Source: Rickettsiales bacterium (GTDB lineage Bacteria > Pseudomonadota > Alphaproteobacteria > Rickettsiales > UBA3002). Taken from it: a stretch of 64,000 nucleotides of DNA. The stretch lies in NCBI GenBank assembly GCA_028281385.1, contig JANQJY010000004.1:8141-72140 (forward strand). The letters run 5' to 3'. The stretch's first letter is position 1. Each line of letters begins with the position of its first letter. Below, piece after piece: positions 25,663 through 40,476 of this stretch. A program made the translations under genes and the position numbers. The notes under the pieces were generated by a model. The model ran no database searches and was not told the DNA's origin. It saw only the letters and a program-made list of their open reading frames with translations.

Positions 25663-26040
25663 CTACTCATAGCCGAGCCGTTCCATGATCGGCAGCAGTT
25701 TTTCCTTATGCGGGTCGAAATAATTTTCCCATGGCTTCCATTTAGCAATTGCCTGAGTATACATCGGCTGGTCGGGGTACGCACACCGCGTTTCTGTTTA
25801 TGTTCATAGTAACGCAGGATTTTGTCATCCCATGGTTTTTCCATAAAGTCGCAGACTTTGAGGACGTAAGATTCAAAGTCGGATACCATGTCTTCATATT
25901 TCATGACCAGCAGGTTAATCGGCAGGGTACGCTCATATTCCAGCCATAGTTCCATGAAATGGATATAATTTTCTACAGTACTGTCAAACTCCCGGAAATT
26001 GGCCGACATGTTATTAGGCACAAAGTTTTGTGACCCACAT
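25663..26040 (-). pseudogene. sulfotransferase family gene remnant (C-terminal third only, plus a frameshift)
   Basis: ORF 25647..26099 contains ...LPINLLVMKYEDMVSDFESYVLKVCDFMEKPWDDKILRYYEHKQKRGVRTP. The family-typical continuation (DQPMYTQAIAKWKPWENYFDPHKEKLLPIMERLGYE-stop) is read in the +1 frame. The PAPS-binding N-terminal part is absent. Confidence 0.55.
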
Positions 26041-26127
26041 TCAACTGCCGATTTTAGGCGATAAAATGCAATACCAACTTGCAATGTAACCTCTATCACA
26101 ATAAAAAATTCTCAAGGAGAAAATAGT

Positions 26128-28416
26128 ATGACATGGCGCATAAAAGGAATTGCTATCATACTGACTGCCTTGGCATTTGCATTGGGTTCGTGGATCTTTC
26201 TGGCTTCTGATCCCACCACTGATGACGATAGTGATTTTACCTTTGTCTCTGAGAAAGACAGCAGTTTCGAGTTGATTGACAAGGCGAGCAAAACCGATGC
26301 TGTTGATGAAGAAACGGCACTATTGTATAAAGCTTATGCCTTGTTTGGCGATGAGCGTTTGCCGGTTGAATATGCCAGTGATGTCGTCCCCTTTGAAAGC
26401 CATGTGCTGGATGATATTCGTGGTAGGCTGAGCCGTTTGTCGCCTGAAAGCCAGAAGGTGTTAGCCCCTTTCTTGAAACGGCCGGATGATCCGGATAGTT
26501 ATGTTAATCAGCGCTTTCTGGCACAGCAGGAGGCAGGCGGAAAAGCAGCACAAAACAGTCTCATCAGCACGGCTTATGCGGCTCGTCCGCATATGCAGTT
26601 CTCAGCATTGTTTCCCTCGGACAGGACCGTGATTTCGGCCGACAATAGGGTGAAAATATGGTATCCAGCCGATACATCCACGGCCAAAGCCGGCGCGTAC
26701 CAGCAAATGGCCAACGCGATCAAAAAGGAACTCGACCAGCAACATATCATGCAGCGTTTTGCAAGCCTTCTGGCGCGCAATCCGGTATCGGATATGCCGT
26801 TTGGCGGTGATGACAAGTTGGATATCTATATTATGCCGGGGCTGGGCGTAAACGGGATGGCGCCCTCGGATGCGCCCGGTTATCCTTCCAGCGCTTACGT
26901 TATGATCAATGCTAACCTGATGAATGATCCCCGCTATTTGCGCAATGCCGTTGCGCATGAGATATTTCACGTATTCCAGGCAGCATTTAAACTTAACCCT
27001 GGTTATGATAAGTGGTGGCGAGAGGCCAGTGCTACCTGGTCGGAGAACTTTATTTATAGTAAGGATGATACCGAGCAGGAACGGCTAAAGCTGTTTTTTC
27101 CTTACCCTAAAACCAGCCTCGATTCGGAGGTTGATCCACAATATCATGAATATGGTGCCTATATTTTTGCCTATTACCTTACCCAGAATCTCGGTGATTC
27201 CATGATGAAAAAAATTCACGAAACCTGCGAAGCCTATAGCAGTTGTCTTAAAGCGATAGATGTAGCGATTCCCGGCGGTTTCAAGAAGCATTGGCGTGAA
27301 TTTACGTTGTGGAATTATAATAAAGAACCAAGCAAAAAATATACGGACCCAAGTGGACATTTTTCACCTAAATCCTCGATCGACAGTGTGCAGAATAAAA
27401 AAATCGATATTGAGAAAGATGAAAAAGACATCGACATCGATGAACTGGAGTGGCTATCGGCGCAACTTGTTACGGCTACTAATAACGTTGATCGCGGTGA
27501 TGTGAAAAAAGTCGAGTTTAGCGAGTTAGATAAATTTACGTCTAACCTTGATGGTGCATCGATTAAGGCCATTGTCTATTTCAAGGATAAAGCGCCGGCG
27601 GTGGAAGACTGGACAGACAAAAAGCAACGCACATTTTGTATTGATTGCGGTGGCAGGAGTTCCAGCGAGTGCAAGGAAGAGGATTTTGAGAAAGTGGTGC
27701 TGGTGTTTGCCAACGGGCATCGTGAAAACATGCTGCCTGCTTCAACCATTAAGGTCGAAGGTAAAGAACCTGCGTGCAGTGGCAGCTGGAAAGGGATGCT
27801 AAAAGTTACCCAGACCATGACGCTTCCCATGAATATTCGTCATAGCTGGACAGTGGTAATCAAGGAAGAGCTTGAAGAGGTCGAAGTTGGCAAGGTTGGC
27901 AATGTCAATCCACTTTCCGCATTGAAGGATCCAACAGTCGAGCTTGAATATCATGTCATGAAACAGGATATCACCTTCGATTATCTTGAAAGCCATATTG
28001 CCGGACCGGTCACCGGCAAAGGTCATGCGGTGCGCGAACACCCGCATCCGCAAAAACGGGGAACGCTGATTAAAGATGATCATGAACTCGATACAGTCGT
28101 GCGTTTTATCAAAATGAAAGATTATAGCGATAAGGGAGTACAGGCGGTACTCGGACATGGGGAATATTATTTGCTTGATGATGACAAAATTTATGGTGAC
28201 TGTAATTTTGTCACCTATTCGCATGACGGGGTGAAATGTCCGCGCTTTACCTATGAAACTGGCCAGTATTTTATCGGTGGTGATGCCTTTCGCGGTATTG
28301 AAGTCACGCCGACTGATAATAACCGCCGCTTTAAAGGATCAAAATCAACCGTTGATCCAATTATGGGCCGTGTGAAAGTCGATATGTGGTGGGATTATCA
28401 GCGCGTATTTGAATAA
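26128..28416 (+). CDS. membrane-anchored/secreted protein with HExxH zinc-metalloprotease motif
   Basis: N-terminal TM/signal IAIILTALAFALGSWIFLA. NAVAHEIFHVFQ (HExxH) near residue 285. The remainder has no recognised motif. Confidence 0.5.
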   Translation: MTWRIKGIAIILTALAFALGSWIFLASDPTTDDDSDFTFVSEKDSSFELIDKASKTDAVDEETALLYKAYALFGDERLPVEYASDVVPFESHVLDDIRGRLSRLSPESQKVLAPFLKRPDDPDSYVNQRFLAQQEAGGKAAQNSLISTAYAARPHMQFSALFPSDRTVISADNRVKIWYPADTSTAKAGAYQQMANAIKKELDQQHIMQRFASLLARNPVSDMPFGGDDKLDIYIMPGLGVNGMAPSDAPGYPSSAYVMINANLMNDPRYLRNAVAHEIFHVFQAAFKLNPGYDKWWREASATWSENFIYSKDDTEQERLKLFFPYPKTSLDSEVDPQYHEYGAYIFAYYLTQNLGDSMMKKIHETCEAYSSCLKAIDVAIPGGFKKHWREFTLWNYNKEPSKKYTDPSGHFSPKSSIDSVQNKKIDIEKDEKDIDIDELEWLSAQLVTATNNVDRGDVKKVEFSELDKFTSNLDGASIKAIVYFKDKAPAVEDWTDKKQRTFCIDCGGRSSSECKEEDFEKVVLVFANGHRENMLPASTIKVEGKEPACSGSWKGMLKVTQTMTLPMNIRHSWTVVIKEELEEVEVGKVGNVNPLSALKDPTVELEYHVMKQDITFDYLESHIAGPVTGKGHAVREHPHPQKRGTLIKDDHELDTVVRFIKMKDYSDKGVQAVLGHGEYYLLDDDKIYGDCNFVTYSHDGVKCPRFTYETGQYFIGGDAFRGIEVTPTDNNRRFKGSKSTVDPIMGRVKVDMWWDYQRVFE

Positions 28417-28630
28417 ACGCATCTCATCTGGTTCAACCACTATTTACCTCCGATTTGCCAACCTGGTCCGGACATTTGGTATCGTGCGCCTGGGCTTCTT
28501 TTTGGTAACCAATCGCCACAATTTCACCGAACTGTCATACAAATTAAGATTTGTTAATTTACAATTAACCTGTCGGAAGTAGTGCCGGTTATCCGCACGA
28601 GCTTCTTATGTGTAAGGGTAAAAAACATAA

Positions 28631-31600
28631 ATGAAATTTGAGCAAGATCATGATGCATGCGGTGTGGGGCAGGTGGTTGACCTGGAGGCGAGCATGGTGC
28701 GCTCGCTACAAGAAAACAAGCAGGCTGCGATAGCTGGTTTGCAACGTCATGATATTCTGCAAGAGGGCATTGATGAGCTCATTTGTAATCATCACCGTAT
28801 CGGTGTATTGCCCGATGGAACGGGGGATGGCTGCGGTATTGCGACGGATATTCCGATTGATTTCTATAATGGAGTGCTTGAAAAAGAAGGTTTGGGCTCC
28901 GAGCATTCATATGAATTTGGAAAATTGGCGATTGGCCAGCTCTTCTTACCACAAGATAATAGTTTGCGAGTTAATGAAAAGTCTCCCAAAGAGGTGATTG
29001 AAGCTCTCATTAAGGCCGATGTCCGGTTTAAGTTTATTGGATTTCGCAAAGTGCCAGCCAATAATACCGGTTTGAGTGAGCGTGCCAAGCGCACCATGCC
29101 GGATTTGGAGCAAGTCTTTTTCGCGGTTAAAGATGGGGTGGATCAGCAGGAAGCCGAACGGGCCTGCATTGAAATGCAGGGAAAAATTGACCAGGCATGT
29201 GCTGCCTTTAATAACGAACAAACCGAAGAGAAAAACCGTGTGAATGTGGTATCCATGAGCACCGATACCATTGCGTGGAAAGGGATGCTGCGCCCGGACC
29301 AGTTACAAGGTTTCTACAGTGACTTGGGTGAAAAAGATTATAGAGCTTCACGGGTACTTTATCACGGACGTATGTCGACCAATAGTGACCCGCAATGGGC
29401 CTATGCGCATCCCAATAACAAAATCGGTCATAATGGTGAAATCAATACGATAGAAGGCAATCGTGCTGATCGTCATGCTTTCGGATTGGAAATTGCGCGG
29501 GATAAGGCAATGATTGCGGCAGAACGCGGGTCCGACTCACGCACCTTTGCTGCGGATGTGGCGGAACAGTTTAAGCGTGATGGCATGCCTTATTCACAAG
29601 CGGTTGCGATGTTGCTGCGTCCGGCTTATCTTAATGACCCGTCACTGAGTGATCAGGCCAAAGCGATGCTGCATGTGTTTGATCTTGAACGTAAGGCCTA
29701 TACGGGACCGGCGCATATCGTAGCATCGACGGATGAAGAACAATTGGCGGCTTTGGACCCAAGTGGACTGCGTCCATCGCGTTATGCGCTGACCATCAAA
29801 AAGATTCCGGAAGGTGAAGACGGTGCAAAACTGGCGGCGGAGATGGAGCGTCGAAAAGCTGCATATGGCTGGCCCTATAATCTGGTGCCGGAAGGCCATA
29901 TGCTGGCCAAACTGCATATTGGATCTGAAGATTTATGGCAGGATAAGGAGCTCAGGAAAAAAGGTGAATATGTGCTGGTGCGTGGCATTCTGAGTGCGGG
30001 TGAAATGCTGCTTCACAAGACCGATGGCCGTTTCTACCAAGGACTCGAATTGATTGAAGAAATGGCCAAAGAAAAAGACTGGAAAGGCGAACTGGCACGT
30101 TTGACGGAAACAGGTGCTGCCCCGGATTTCTCTGATGCGAAGCCTGAAGATCATCCGCTCGACCTGACGAGCCGTATGAATATGCTGTTATGGGATGAGG
30201 AGACCACCAAGGTGATTCTTGATCCGATGATTGATTCGGGCAAGGTGTCGGTGACGGCGATGGGCGATGATGGTGAATTGCTGCGACAAAATCACCCGAC
30301 GCATATGGCGGCATATTTCAAACAAATTTTTGCGCAAATTACCAACCCCCCCTTGGACTATATTCGCGAAAAAGAATCCTTTTCGTTGCAGACCAATATC
30401 GGCAAACACCCGTTATCTAATGGGGGTGGCACACTACTTACATTTGATAAGCCGTTCCTGATGGACAACCAGTTACAAAATATCCGCGATAAGTTGAATA
30501 CGGTGACCATTGATCTGACCTATGAGGTAGGCAATTCGGCGGATGAAGCGATTGCACATTATGAAGCAGCGCTAAAGTCTGTGGTGGCTCAGGCTGTTGA
30601 AGCGGCACGTAATGGCAAGGTGATCATCGTGAGTGACTGCAACATCGGGCTCAATAAAAGTGCGATCAGTGATGTGGATGCGGTGGCGTCGATTGACAAA
30701 GCACTTCAGCGGATTGGCGCCGAAGAGAGGACGCCAATACGCACCAACACCGATATTATTGTCGAGAGCGGACAGGCAAAAGACCCGCATCATGCGGCAG
30801 TATTGTTTGCCTTCGGTGCCAAGGCAGTGAATTCCTATCTGGTCAATGCATATGTCCGTCAGCAATTTGCACGAAACAGTAATGCGGTGAAAGGCAAGAA
30901 GATCGACGATGTCTTTGCCAACATCTATAAAGGATATGAATATGCCTATGGTAAGACGCTGGGCCGTTACGGCATTTCCAACCATGAGAATTATGTCGGC
31001 GGTGGGTTGATGGAGGCCAATGGGATTGACACGCGTGAAAAAGGATTCGGCGAGGCGTTTGTTGGCACCTACTCGCCGGTGGCCGGGTTAAACCGTGCTG
31101 ATATTGCATTGGCCCATTTTGCGGCGAATCAACTTGCCAATGAGCAGTTACAGGATTTTGCGGCGCTTGAAGAAGTCATTACCAAGATTATGCAGGAGCT
31201 GATGGGCAAAGATGCAGAACCATCTGCCAATATGCGGGCAATTCTGCAACGTCATTATAACTCGCTGAAATCCACCGTCTATCTAGAAGGTGAACCACAG
31301 CAGGAACGTATCGCTGAGATATTGAAACAGGTGGTGAAAGAAGATGCGGGTAAAGAGGTAGAAGAATCAGCATTTGCGCAAAGAACAGAGCATATTGTCG
31401 ACCTGTTGGAGCGTACCCGCCCATCACCGGAAGTGCTGAAACATTATGGTATTTTCTCGATGCGTGAAGGCGGGATTGCGCACCGTTTAGGCCCACAGCT
31501 GGTGCGAACGACCAATGCCATGTTTCAAAAGCTGGCTGAAAAGCGGCAGATACATATCGACCAGGAAAAAGCGGCACATCCAGATATGTCCAAAAAAGAA

Positions 31601-34066
31601 ATTGAGCAGCTTGAGAAATATGCGCATGTGCCGCTGGATGAAGACGGGTGCGTATCCAAGGAATATTTGCGAAACCTTAAGGAGCCAAGTGACGCATATA
31701 AAATCTTTGCCGAAACGATTGAACAGTCTCGCATAGAGCAACCTATTTCCTCTCGTGACTATATCACCATTGAGCCTTCTGGTCGTAATGCCTTAAGCGA
31801 TAACGAGATGAAGATTAACACGCTGGATATTATTCAGCGGACAACGCGTACCGGGCAGATGAGCCAGGGCGCGTTAACGCCTTTGGCGTGGCGCACCATC
31901 GTGGAAGCTGAAAATCGTCTGCATGGTAATCCGTCGGCTGGTGAAGGCGGTGAAGATCCGCGTCTTCTGGGCACCATTCAAAGCCCGAAAATCAAACAGA
32001 TTGCTTCGGGTCGTTTTGGTATTCATCCGGAAATGCTGGCCTCTGCTGCGCGTGAAGGGGGAGGCATACAGATTAAAGTGGTGCAGGGTGCCAAGCCGGG
32101 TGAAGGTGGTGAGATGCCGGGCGGCAAGGTCAATATGCAGATCGCGATTCTGCGCCAGAGTGTGCCGGGTGAACCGCTGGCCAGCCCTGCACCGATGCAT
32201 GATATTTACTCTATCGAAGATTTGACGCAGCTGATCTACGACCTCAAATCGATTCCGAAAACCGATGAACACGGGAACATTGTTTTTGATGACGAAGGTA
32301 AAATGCAGACGCTCGATGTGGATGTGAAGATCGGCGCAACCTCGAGTGCCGAAATCGTGGTACGCGGTGCGGCAAAAGCGGGAGCGGACAGTATTACCCT
32401 GGCCGGTCATGAAGGTGGGACTGGTGCGGCGCCAGCACTATCGGCACGTAATACTGGTCAGGACTGGTTGTTTGACATTGCACGCATTGATAAAGGCCTG
32501 CGTGAAGATGGTACGCGCAGCAACGTGAAACTGGTGGCCGAAGGTGGCATCATCACCCATTATGATGCGCTGCTGGCGTTGAAATATGCAGATATGATCG
32601 GCCAGGGCACGTTTGAGATGATCGCTAATCGCTGCATCATGGCACGCATGTGCCACAAAGCTGGCGTGAGTGATGCGCAATCGGCAGCTTATCATGAACG
32701 ATTCAAACAAGAGCATGGGCGTGAGCCAATGACACCTGATGACTATATTATGCTGGTAGGCAACGGCTATTGCCCGACCGGTGTAGCCAATAGTGAAGTG
32801 CTCTTTAAATCGGAGCCGTGGCGTATTGAGCAATATCGGATGGATTTTGCCGCTGCAATGTACAAACATTTACGTGATCATGGTTATAAGAATCTCGAAG
32901 AATGGCAGAAGGATCGTCATTTCAGATTCAAGCCGACTAATATCCACGGTGGATTTGATTTTTCCATTCTTGAGGAACCGGTAGCTGAAGAACTGGCATT
33001 TGAACGGCACGAGATGGGGGAATCACCGAATAACCGTGCAGACGATGCCTGGCTGGAAGAGGTAAAAAACTATCTGGGCGCAATGAAAGCCGGGCAGGCA
33101 GACCGGAATGATTTAATGATCAATGGTCAATCTATCGGTCAAGGTTCGGCAAGTTTCAAACCACTGGTTATCGAGCATGATGTAAAACCTGGAGACCGTG
33201 CACTGGGTGCGCGTACGTCAGGGTTTATTGCGCTGCAAATGTCTGCAGACGGGCGTATAGAGATGCAGAAATATACTGATCGGCCAGTATTGCCCGGTGG
33301 CGCGATTCATATCAAAGCCCATGGAAATACCGGACAAATGCTCGGCGCGTTCAATGCCAATGCGCAGCATATTGAAGTGATGGGTGTCGGTCAGGATGGT
33401 GTTGGTAAGTCAGGCGCCGGTGGCAGTATTGCGATTGCACCGGATATCCCTGAAGATCATCCATGTCCTGACGTGTATCGCGCGAATTCGGTGCTGGCCG
33501 GTAATGTGGTTGGTTATGGCAATCAGGGCACCATGTTGTTCATTGCCGGAAAAGTGGGTGCGCGTGCCAATGTTTGTGCACATGGCGGAACATTGGTCTG
33601 CGAAGGGTTGGGCGATTATGCTGGTGAATTCCAGACACAGGGCACCATCATCAATTTGGGCGCACTTGGTGCGCATGCCTGTAACGCCATGATCGGCGGT
33701 ATATTTATGCAGTATGATCCTGGGCGTACATACCAGGATGGTATTGGTGATGCACGATTGGCGAATCAGGATGAAACAGCGTTGGGGCAGCCGATGGTCA
33801 AACATCTACTGCGCATGCATGTTGACAAAACGGGTTCTGCCAAGGCAGAGCAGATCCTGAAGCACTGGGAGCAGGAAAAGAATAATTTTAGAATCATGAT
33901 TCCCAAATCGATGGATCATTTCAAAACAGCCGGTCAGTTTAAAAAGCTGATGGAACAGGCGGAACGGCAGAAAACGGCGTTGGATCCGGGATCAGCCTAC
34001 ATTATGCAGGCACTGTTAGACAAAATGACACCTGATCAAAAGACTGCGCTGGAAATCGGAGGATAA
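28631..34066 (+). CDS. gltB: glutamate synthase large-subunit-like protein, atypically long (1811 aa)
   Basis: Ntn amidotransferase start DHDACGVGQV (compare E. coli ERDNCGFGLI). Central domain; FMN domain (KVVQGAKPGEGGEMPG); Fe-S Cys residues (NRCIMARMCH...YCPTGVA); C-terminal GXGXG beta-helix (GNTGQMLGAF, GVGQDGVGKSGAGG). Several insertions relative to classical GltB. Confidence 0.8.
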   Translation: MKFEQDHDACGVGQVVDLEASMVRSLQENKQAAIAGLQRHDILQEGIDELICNHHRIGVLPDGTGDGCGIATDIPIDFYNGVLEKEGLGSEHSYEFGKLAIGQLFLPQDNSLRVNEKSPKEVIEALIKADVRFKFIGFRKVPANNTGLSERAKRTMPDLEQVFFAVKDGVDQQEAERACIEMQGKIDQACAAFNNEQTEEKNRVNVVSMSTDTIAWKGMLRPDQLQGFYSDLGEKDYRASRVLYHGRMSTNSDPQWAYAHPNNKIGHNGEINTIEGNRADRHAFGLEIARDKAMIAAERGSDSRTFAADVAEQFKRDGMPYSQAVAMLLRPAYLNDPSLSDQAKAMLHVFDLERKAYTGPAHIVASTDEEQLAALDPSGLRPSRYALTIKKIPEGEDGAKLAAEMERRKAAYGWPYNLVPEGHMLAKLHIGSEDLWQDKELRKKGEYVLVRGILSAGEMLLHKTDGRFYQGLELIEEMAKEKDWKGELARLTETGAAPDFSDAKPEDHPLDLTSRMNMLLWDEETTKVILDPMIDSGKVSVTAMGDDGELLRQNHPTHMAAYFKQIFAQITNPPLDYIREKESFSLQTNIGKHPLSNGGGTLLTFDKPFLMDNQLQNIRDKLNTVTIDLTYEVGNSADEAIAHYEAALKSVVAQAVEAARNGKVIIVSDCNIGLNKSAISDVDAVASIDKALQRIGAEERTPIRTNTDIIVESGQAKDPHHAAVLFAFGAKAVNSYLVNAYVRQQFARNSNAVKGKKIDDVFANIYKGYEYAYGKTLGRYGISNHENYVGGGLMEANGIDTREKGFGEAFVGTYSPVAGLNRADIALAHFAANQLANEQLQDFAALEEVITKIMQELMGKDAEPSANMRAILQRHYNSLKSTVYLEGEPQQERIAEILKQVVKEDAGKEVEESAFAQRTEHIVDLLERTRPSPEVLKHYGIFSMREGGIAHRLGPQLVRTTNAMFQKLAEKRQIHIDQEKAAHPDMSKKEIEQLEKYAHVPLDEDGCVSKEYLRNLKEPSDAYKIFAETIEQSRIEQPISSRDYITIEPSGRNALSDNEMKINTLDIIQRTTRTGQMSQGALTPLAWRTIVEAENRLHGNPSAGEGGEDPRLLGTIQSPKIKQIASGRFGIHPEMLASAAREGGGIQIKVVQGAKPGEGGEMPGGKVNMQIAILRQSVPGEPLASPAPMHDIYSIEDLTQLIYDLKSIPKTDEHGNIVFDDEGKMQTLDVDVKIGATSSAEIVVRGAAKAGADSITLAGHEGGTGAAPALSARNTGQDWLFDIARIDKGLREDGTRSNVKLVAEGGIITHYDALLALKYADMIGQGTFEMIANRCIMARMCHKAGVSDAQSAAYHERFKQEHGREPMTPDDYIMLVGNGYCPTGVANSEVLFKSEPWRIEQYRMDFAAAMYKHLRDHGYKNLEEWQKDRHFRFKPTNIHGGFDFSILEEPVAEELAFERHEMGESPNNRADDAWLEEVKNYLGAMKAGQADRNDLMINGQSIGQGSASFKPLVIEHDVKPGDRALGARTSGFIALQMSADGRIEMQKYTDRPVLPGGAIHIKAHGNTGQMLGAFNANAQHIEVMGVGQDGVGKSGAGGSIAIAPDIPEDHPCPDVYRANSVLAGNVVGYGNQGTMLFIAGKVGARANVCAHGGTLVCEGLGDYAGEFQTQGTIINLGALGAHACNAMIGGIFMQYDPGRTYQDGIGDARLANQDETALGQPMVKHLLRMHVDKTGSAKAEQILKHWEQEKNNFRIMIPKSMDHFKTAGQFKKLMEQAERQKTALDPGSAYIMQALLDKMTPDQKTALEIGG

Positions 34067-34067
34067 C

Positions 34068-36059
34068 ATGGGCGATAAAGCAACAGCAGAACTTCGCAGA
34101 CCGGGCTATTGGGACATTGATGACGTGCGGGATGTATTTACGCGTATCAAGACGTCACTGGAAGAGGCAGAAAAGGCGACAACGGTGAAACATGTCGAAA
34201 GTGCGGCTGCCAAAGGTCATGCGTGTTTCTGTGCGGCTACCGCATGCCAGCAGGGCTGCCCGCTTGGTAAGGAAGTACCGTCCATTATGGGGGCGCTCAG
34301 GGAAGTGGATTTTAAGCTCATTGATGAAGAGTTCAAAGATGTTCAGAAACAGCTTGATACCTATTTGAAAGATTTCGGGGAAAGCACATTTGAAGACTAT
34401 TTTCGCGAGGCACGGAAGGGATATATTAAGAGACTGAACCAAATAATTGATGGAGATCCGGAACATGGAATTGAGGGGAAGCCAGAACTTAAAAAAGAAC
34501 TGAATAATTTAAAAGCGGCGTATATGCTGCAGGTTAGCGCGTCGCGCAATGGGAGCATTGCCAAAGACCCATTCCCCGAATTTACCGGCAAACTGTGCCC
34601 GGCACCTTGTGAAGACGGTGGCCCCAAGGGGACGGGCTGTACGCTCAAGGAAAGTGGCAGGCGTGAGCCGGTGCGCATTCGCAGTGTGGAATATGACTTG
34701 GCCACCATTGGCTTTGCGCTTGGCTGGATGGATGAGATATTTCGCCTGCCGGCATCGTTACAGGAAAAAGAGGAAAAGGTTGCTGTGGTGGGGGCGGGAC
34801 CGGCCGGTTTGCAAGCGGCTTATCGTCTGGCGATGAAGGGTTATGATGTAACGTTGATGGAAAAAGATGATGAGATTGGCGGTCTGATGTATCGCGGTAT
34901 TCCCGAGCATAAATTTGAAAAGGAGCGTTTGGTCAAATACCGGTTATTGCTCGAACAGATGGGCGTGAAGATTGAGCTGGGTAAAGAGATCAAGGCAGAT
35001 GATCTGAAAGGATTTGATGCCAAGGTGATCGCGGTCGGCGGGATGGACGGGCAGATTGAACCGACATGGATTAATGGTTATGATGTCGCAAAAACAGCCG
35101 ATTTAACGCAAGATGCGTATGGTTTTCTTGATAGGGGCAAGGAATGGGCAGCCAGTAAGAATAAAGCGGAGCATGAGGCTGTACCAAAAGGAGAGCAGAT
35201 TATTTTAGCTTATGGTGATGGCTATACCGCTACCGATGTGGTGCAAACACTCATACGAATGAAAAAGCAGAGCAACTCTGCTATTGTTCCGATTCACGCC
35301 TTTCGTGATACCGGTGTGAGCGATCAGGTAGCCGGAGGATTCAGTATTGCAGAATCCAGAAAAGATTATCAAAAACATAACTTCTCTACGTTTGATGAGG
35401 ATAAGGAATCTGCTGATGTTATGACGATTCCGGGAGCTAACATCAGCAAGATCATACCACAGGGAGAGCAGGCAGAGATTCACTTCGCCTTCCAGAAACC
35501 TCAGATAGGATTTGCCAATGTCGCCCGTGATGTACGGCGCAAGCAATACGAGGCTGATAAAGAAGCCGGCGGCATTATGCGCGATGACGAATTGGTAGGA
35601 CTGCGCGTGCGTGATGCCAATGGCCAGCTTCATGATCATACTTATAAAGGTAACGGGCAATTTGACATCAAACCTTCTGCGGATGCTATCGAAGGTGAGG
35701 TAAACGGTACGTTAACACTCAATGTAAACCGTATCATTCCAGCATTGGGTTATAAAGATGCCAGTAAAAACCCATTAGTACAAGAATTGGGTATGAATGC
35801 CAGTGCCTATAATAATAAGCCGGGTAAAGACGAGAATCGCGACGGCATATGGAATGGCGTAGCAATGTCGCAGGAAGGCACCTTCTTTATCGGAGATGCG
35901 GCTCCGGGTAATGAGCAGTTGATTGTCTCTGCACAAGCCAGTGCCAATAAAGTGGCAGATACGATTGACCTCTATTTACATAAGAAACGCTCAGGTGAAG
36001 AAATTGATCTGGTAGCACTTGCGTCACGTATGGATTTACCTGCTGCGCGTTCTGCCTGA
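34068..36059 (+). CDS. gltD: glutamate synthase small-subunit-like NAD(P)H oxidoreductase, extended (663 aa)
   Basis: Cys clusters CFCAATACQQGCPLG and GKLCPAPCEDG. FAD Rossmann motif VAVVGAGPAGLQAAYRLAMKGYDVTLMEKDDEIGG. The start overlaps the end of the gltB-like gene (ATAACATGG). Confidence 0.75.
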   Translation: MGDKATAELRRPGYWDIDDVRDVFTRIKTSLEEAEKATTVKHVESAAAKGHACFCAATACQQGCPLGKEVPSIMGALREVDFKLIDEEFKDVQKQLDTYLKDFGESTFEDYFREARKGYIKRLNQIIDGDPEHGIEGKPELKKELNNLKAAYMLQVSASRNGSIAKDPFPEFTGKLCPAPCEDGGPKGTGCTLKESGRREPVRIRSVEYDLATIGFALGWMDEIFRLPASLQEKEEKVAVVGAGPAGLQAAYRLAMKGYDVTLMEKDDEIGGLMYRGIPEHKFEKERLVKYRLLLEQMGVKIELGKEIKADDLKGFDAKVIAVGGMDGQIEPTWINGYDVAKTADLTQDAYGFLDRGKEWAASKNKAEHEAVPKGEQIILAYGDGYTATDVVQTLIRMKKQSNSAIVPIHAFRDTGVSDQVAGGFSIAESRKDYQKHNFSTFDEDKESADVMTIPGANISKIIPQGEQAEIHFAFQKPQIGFANVARDVRRKQYEADKEAGGIMRDDELVGLRVRDANGQLHDHTYKGNGQFDIKPSADAIEGEVNGTLTLNVNRIIPALGYKDASKNPLVQELGMNASAYNNKPGKDENRDGIWNGVAMSQEGTFFIGDAAPGNEQLIVSAQASANKVADTIDLYLHKKRSGEEIDLVALASRMDLPAARSA

Positions 36060-36181
36060 AAATAATTCAGAAAAGTTCAGCTAAATCGTTGATTCCATTT
36101 CCGGTAGGGTGATGTTTAGACACTACACCTCATTTTCAGTTTAGGTTAGGATCGTCATCTTCTTCTGTCATCCAGCTCATA

Positions 36182-40159
<3,978 letters not shown>

Positions 40160-40476
40160 GCGGCCTCGCCGTTATTAGTGTGTGATGATAAAAACTATAT
40201 TTTTTAGGAGACATTTACAACCTATAATTGTTCTTTGGTGCAGTATTATAGTACCCGCATACAAGGCGCAATATGGAGTAAGCTGGAATTTTTTTGGCTG
40301 AAAGCGTGGCGACGCTACCTCTCGTTTCCGACTCAGGGTCACAATCTCGGGTTCGAACTTTTTTGACCGGAATGTTCCGGTATCATCTTGAATTTGCAGT
40401 TTAGGATTTGTGAATCCCGAGGCTGACCTTTAAGGACTGCCCCAAAGCCTAAAATACGGAATCATCAGGGATTACC

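Noticed and set aside
40330-40400. T-loop-like GGGTTCGAAC and a nearby hairpin ACCGGAATGTTCCGGT between the kinase and response-regulator genes
   Set aside because: No acceptor stem, D arm or anticodon arm can be drawn, so it is not a tRNA. The hairpin lacks a downstream T-tract on either strand, so I did not call it a terminator.
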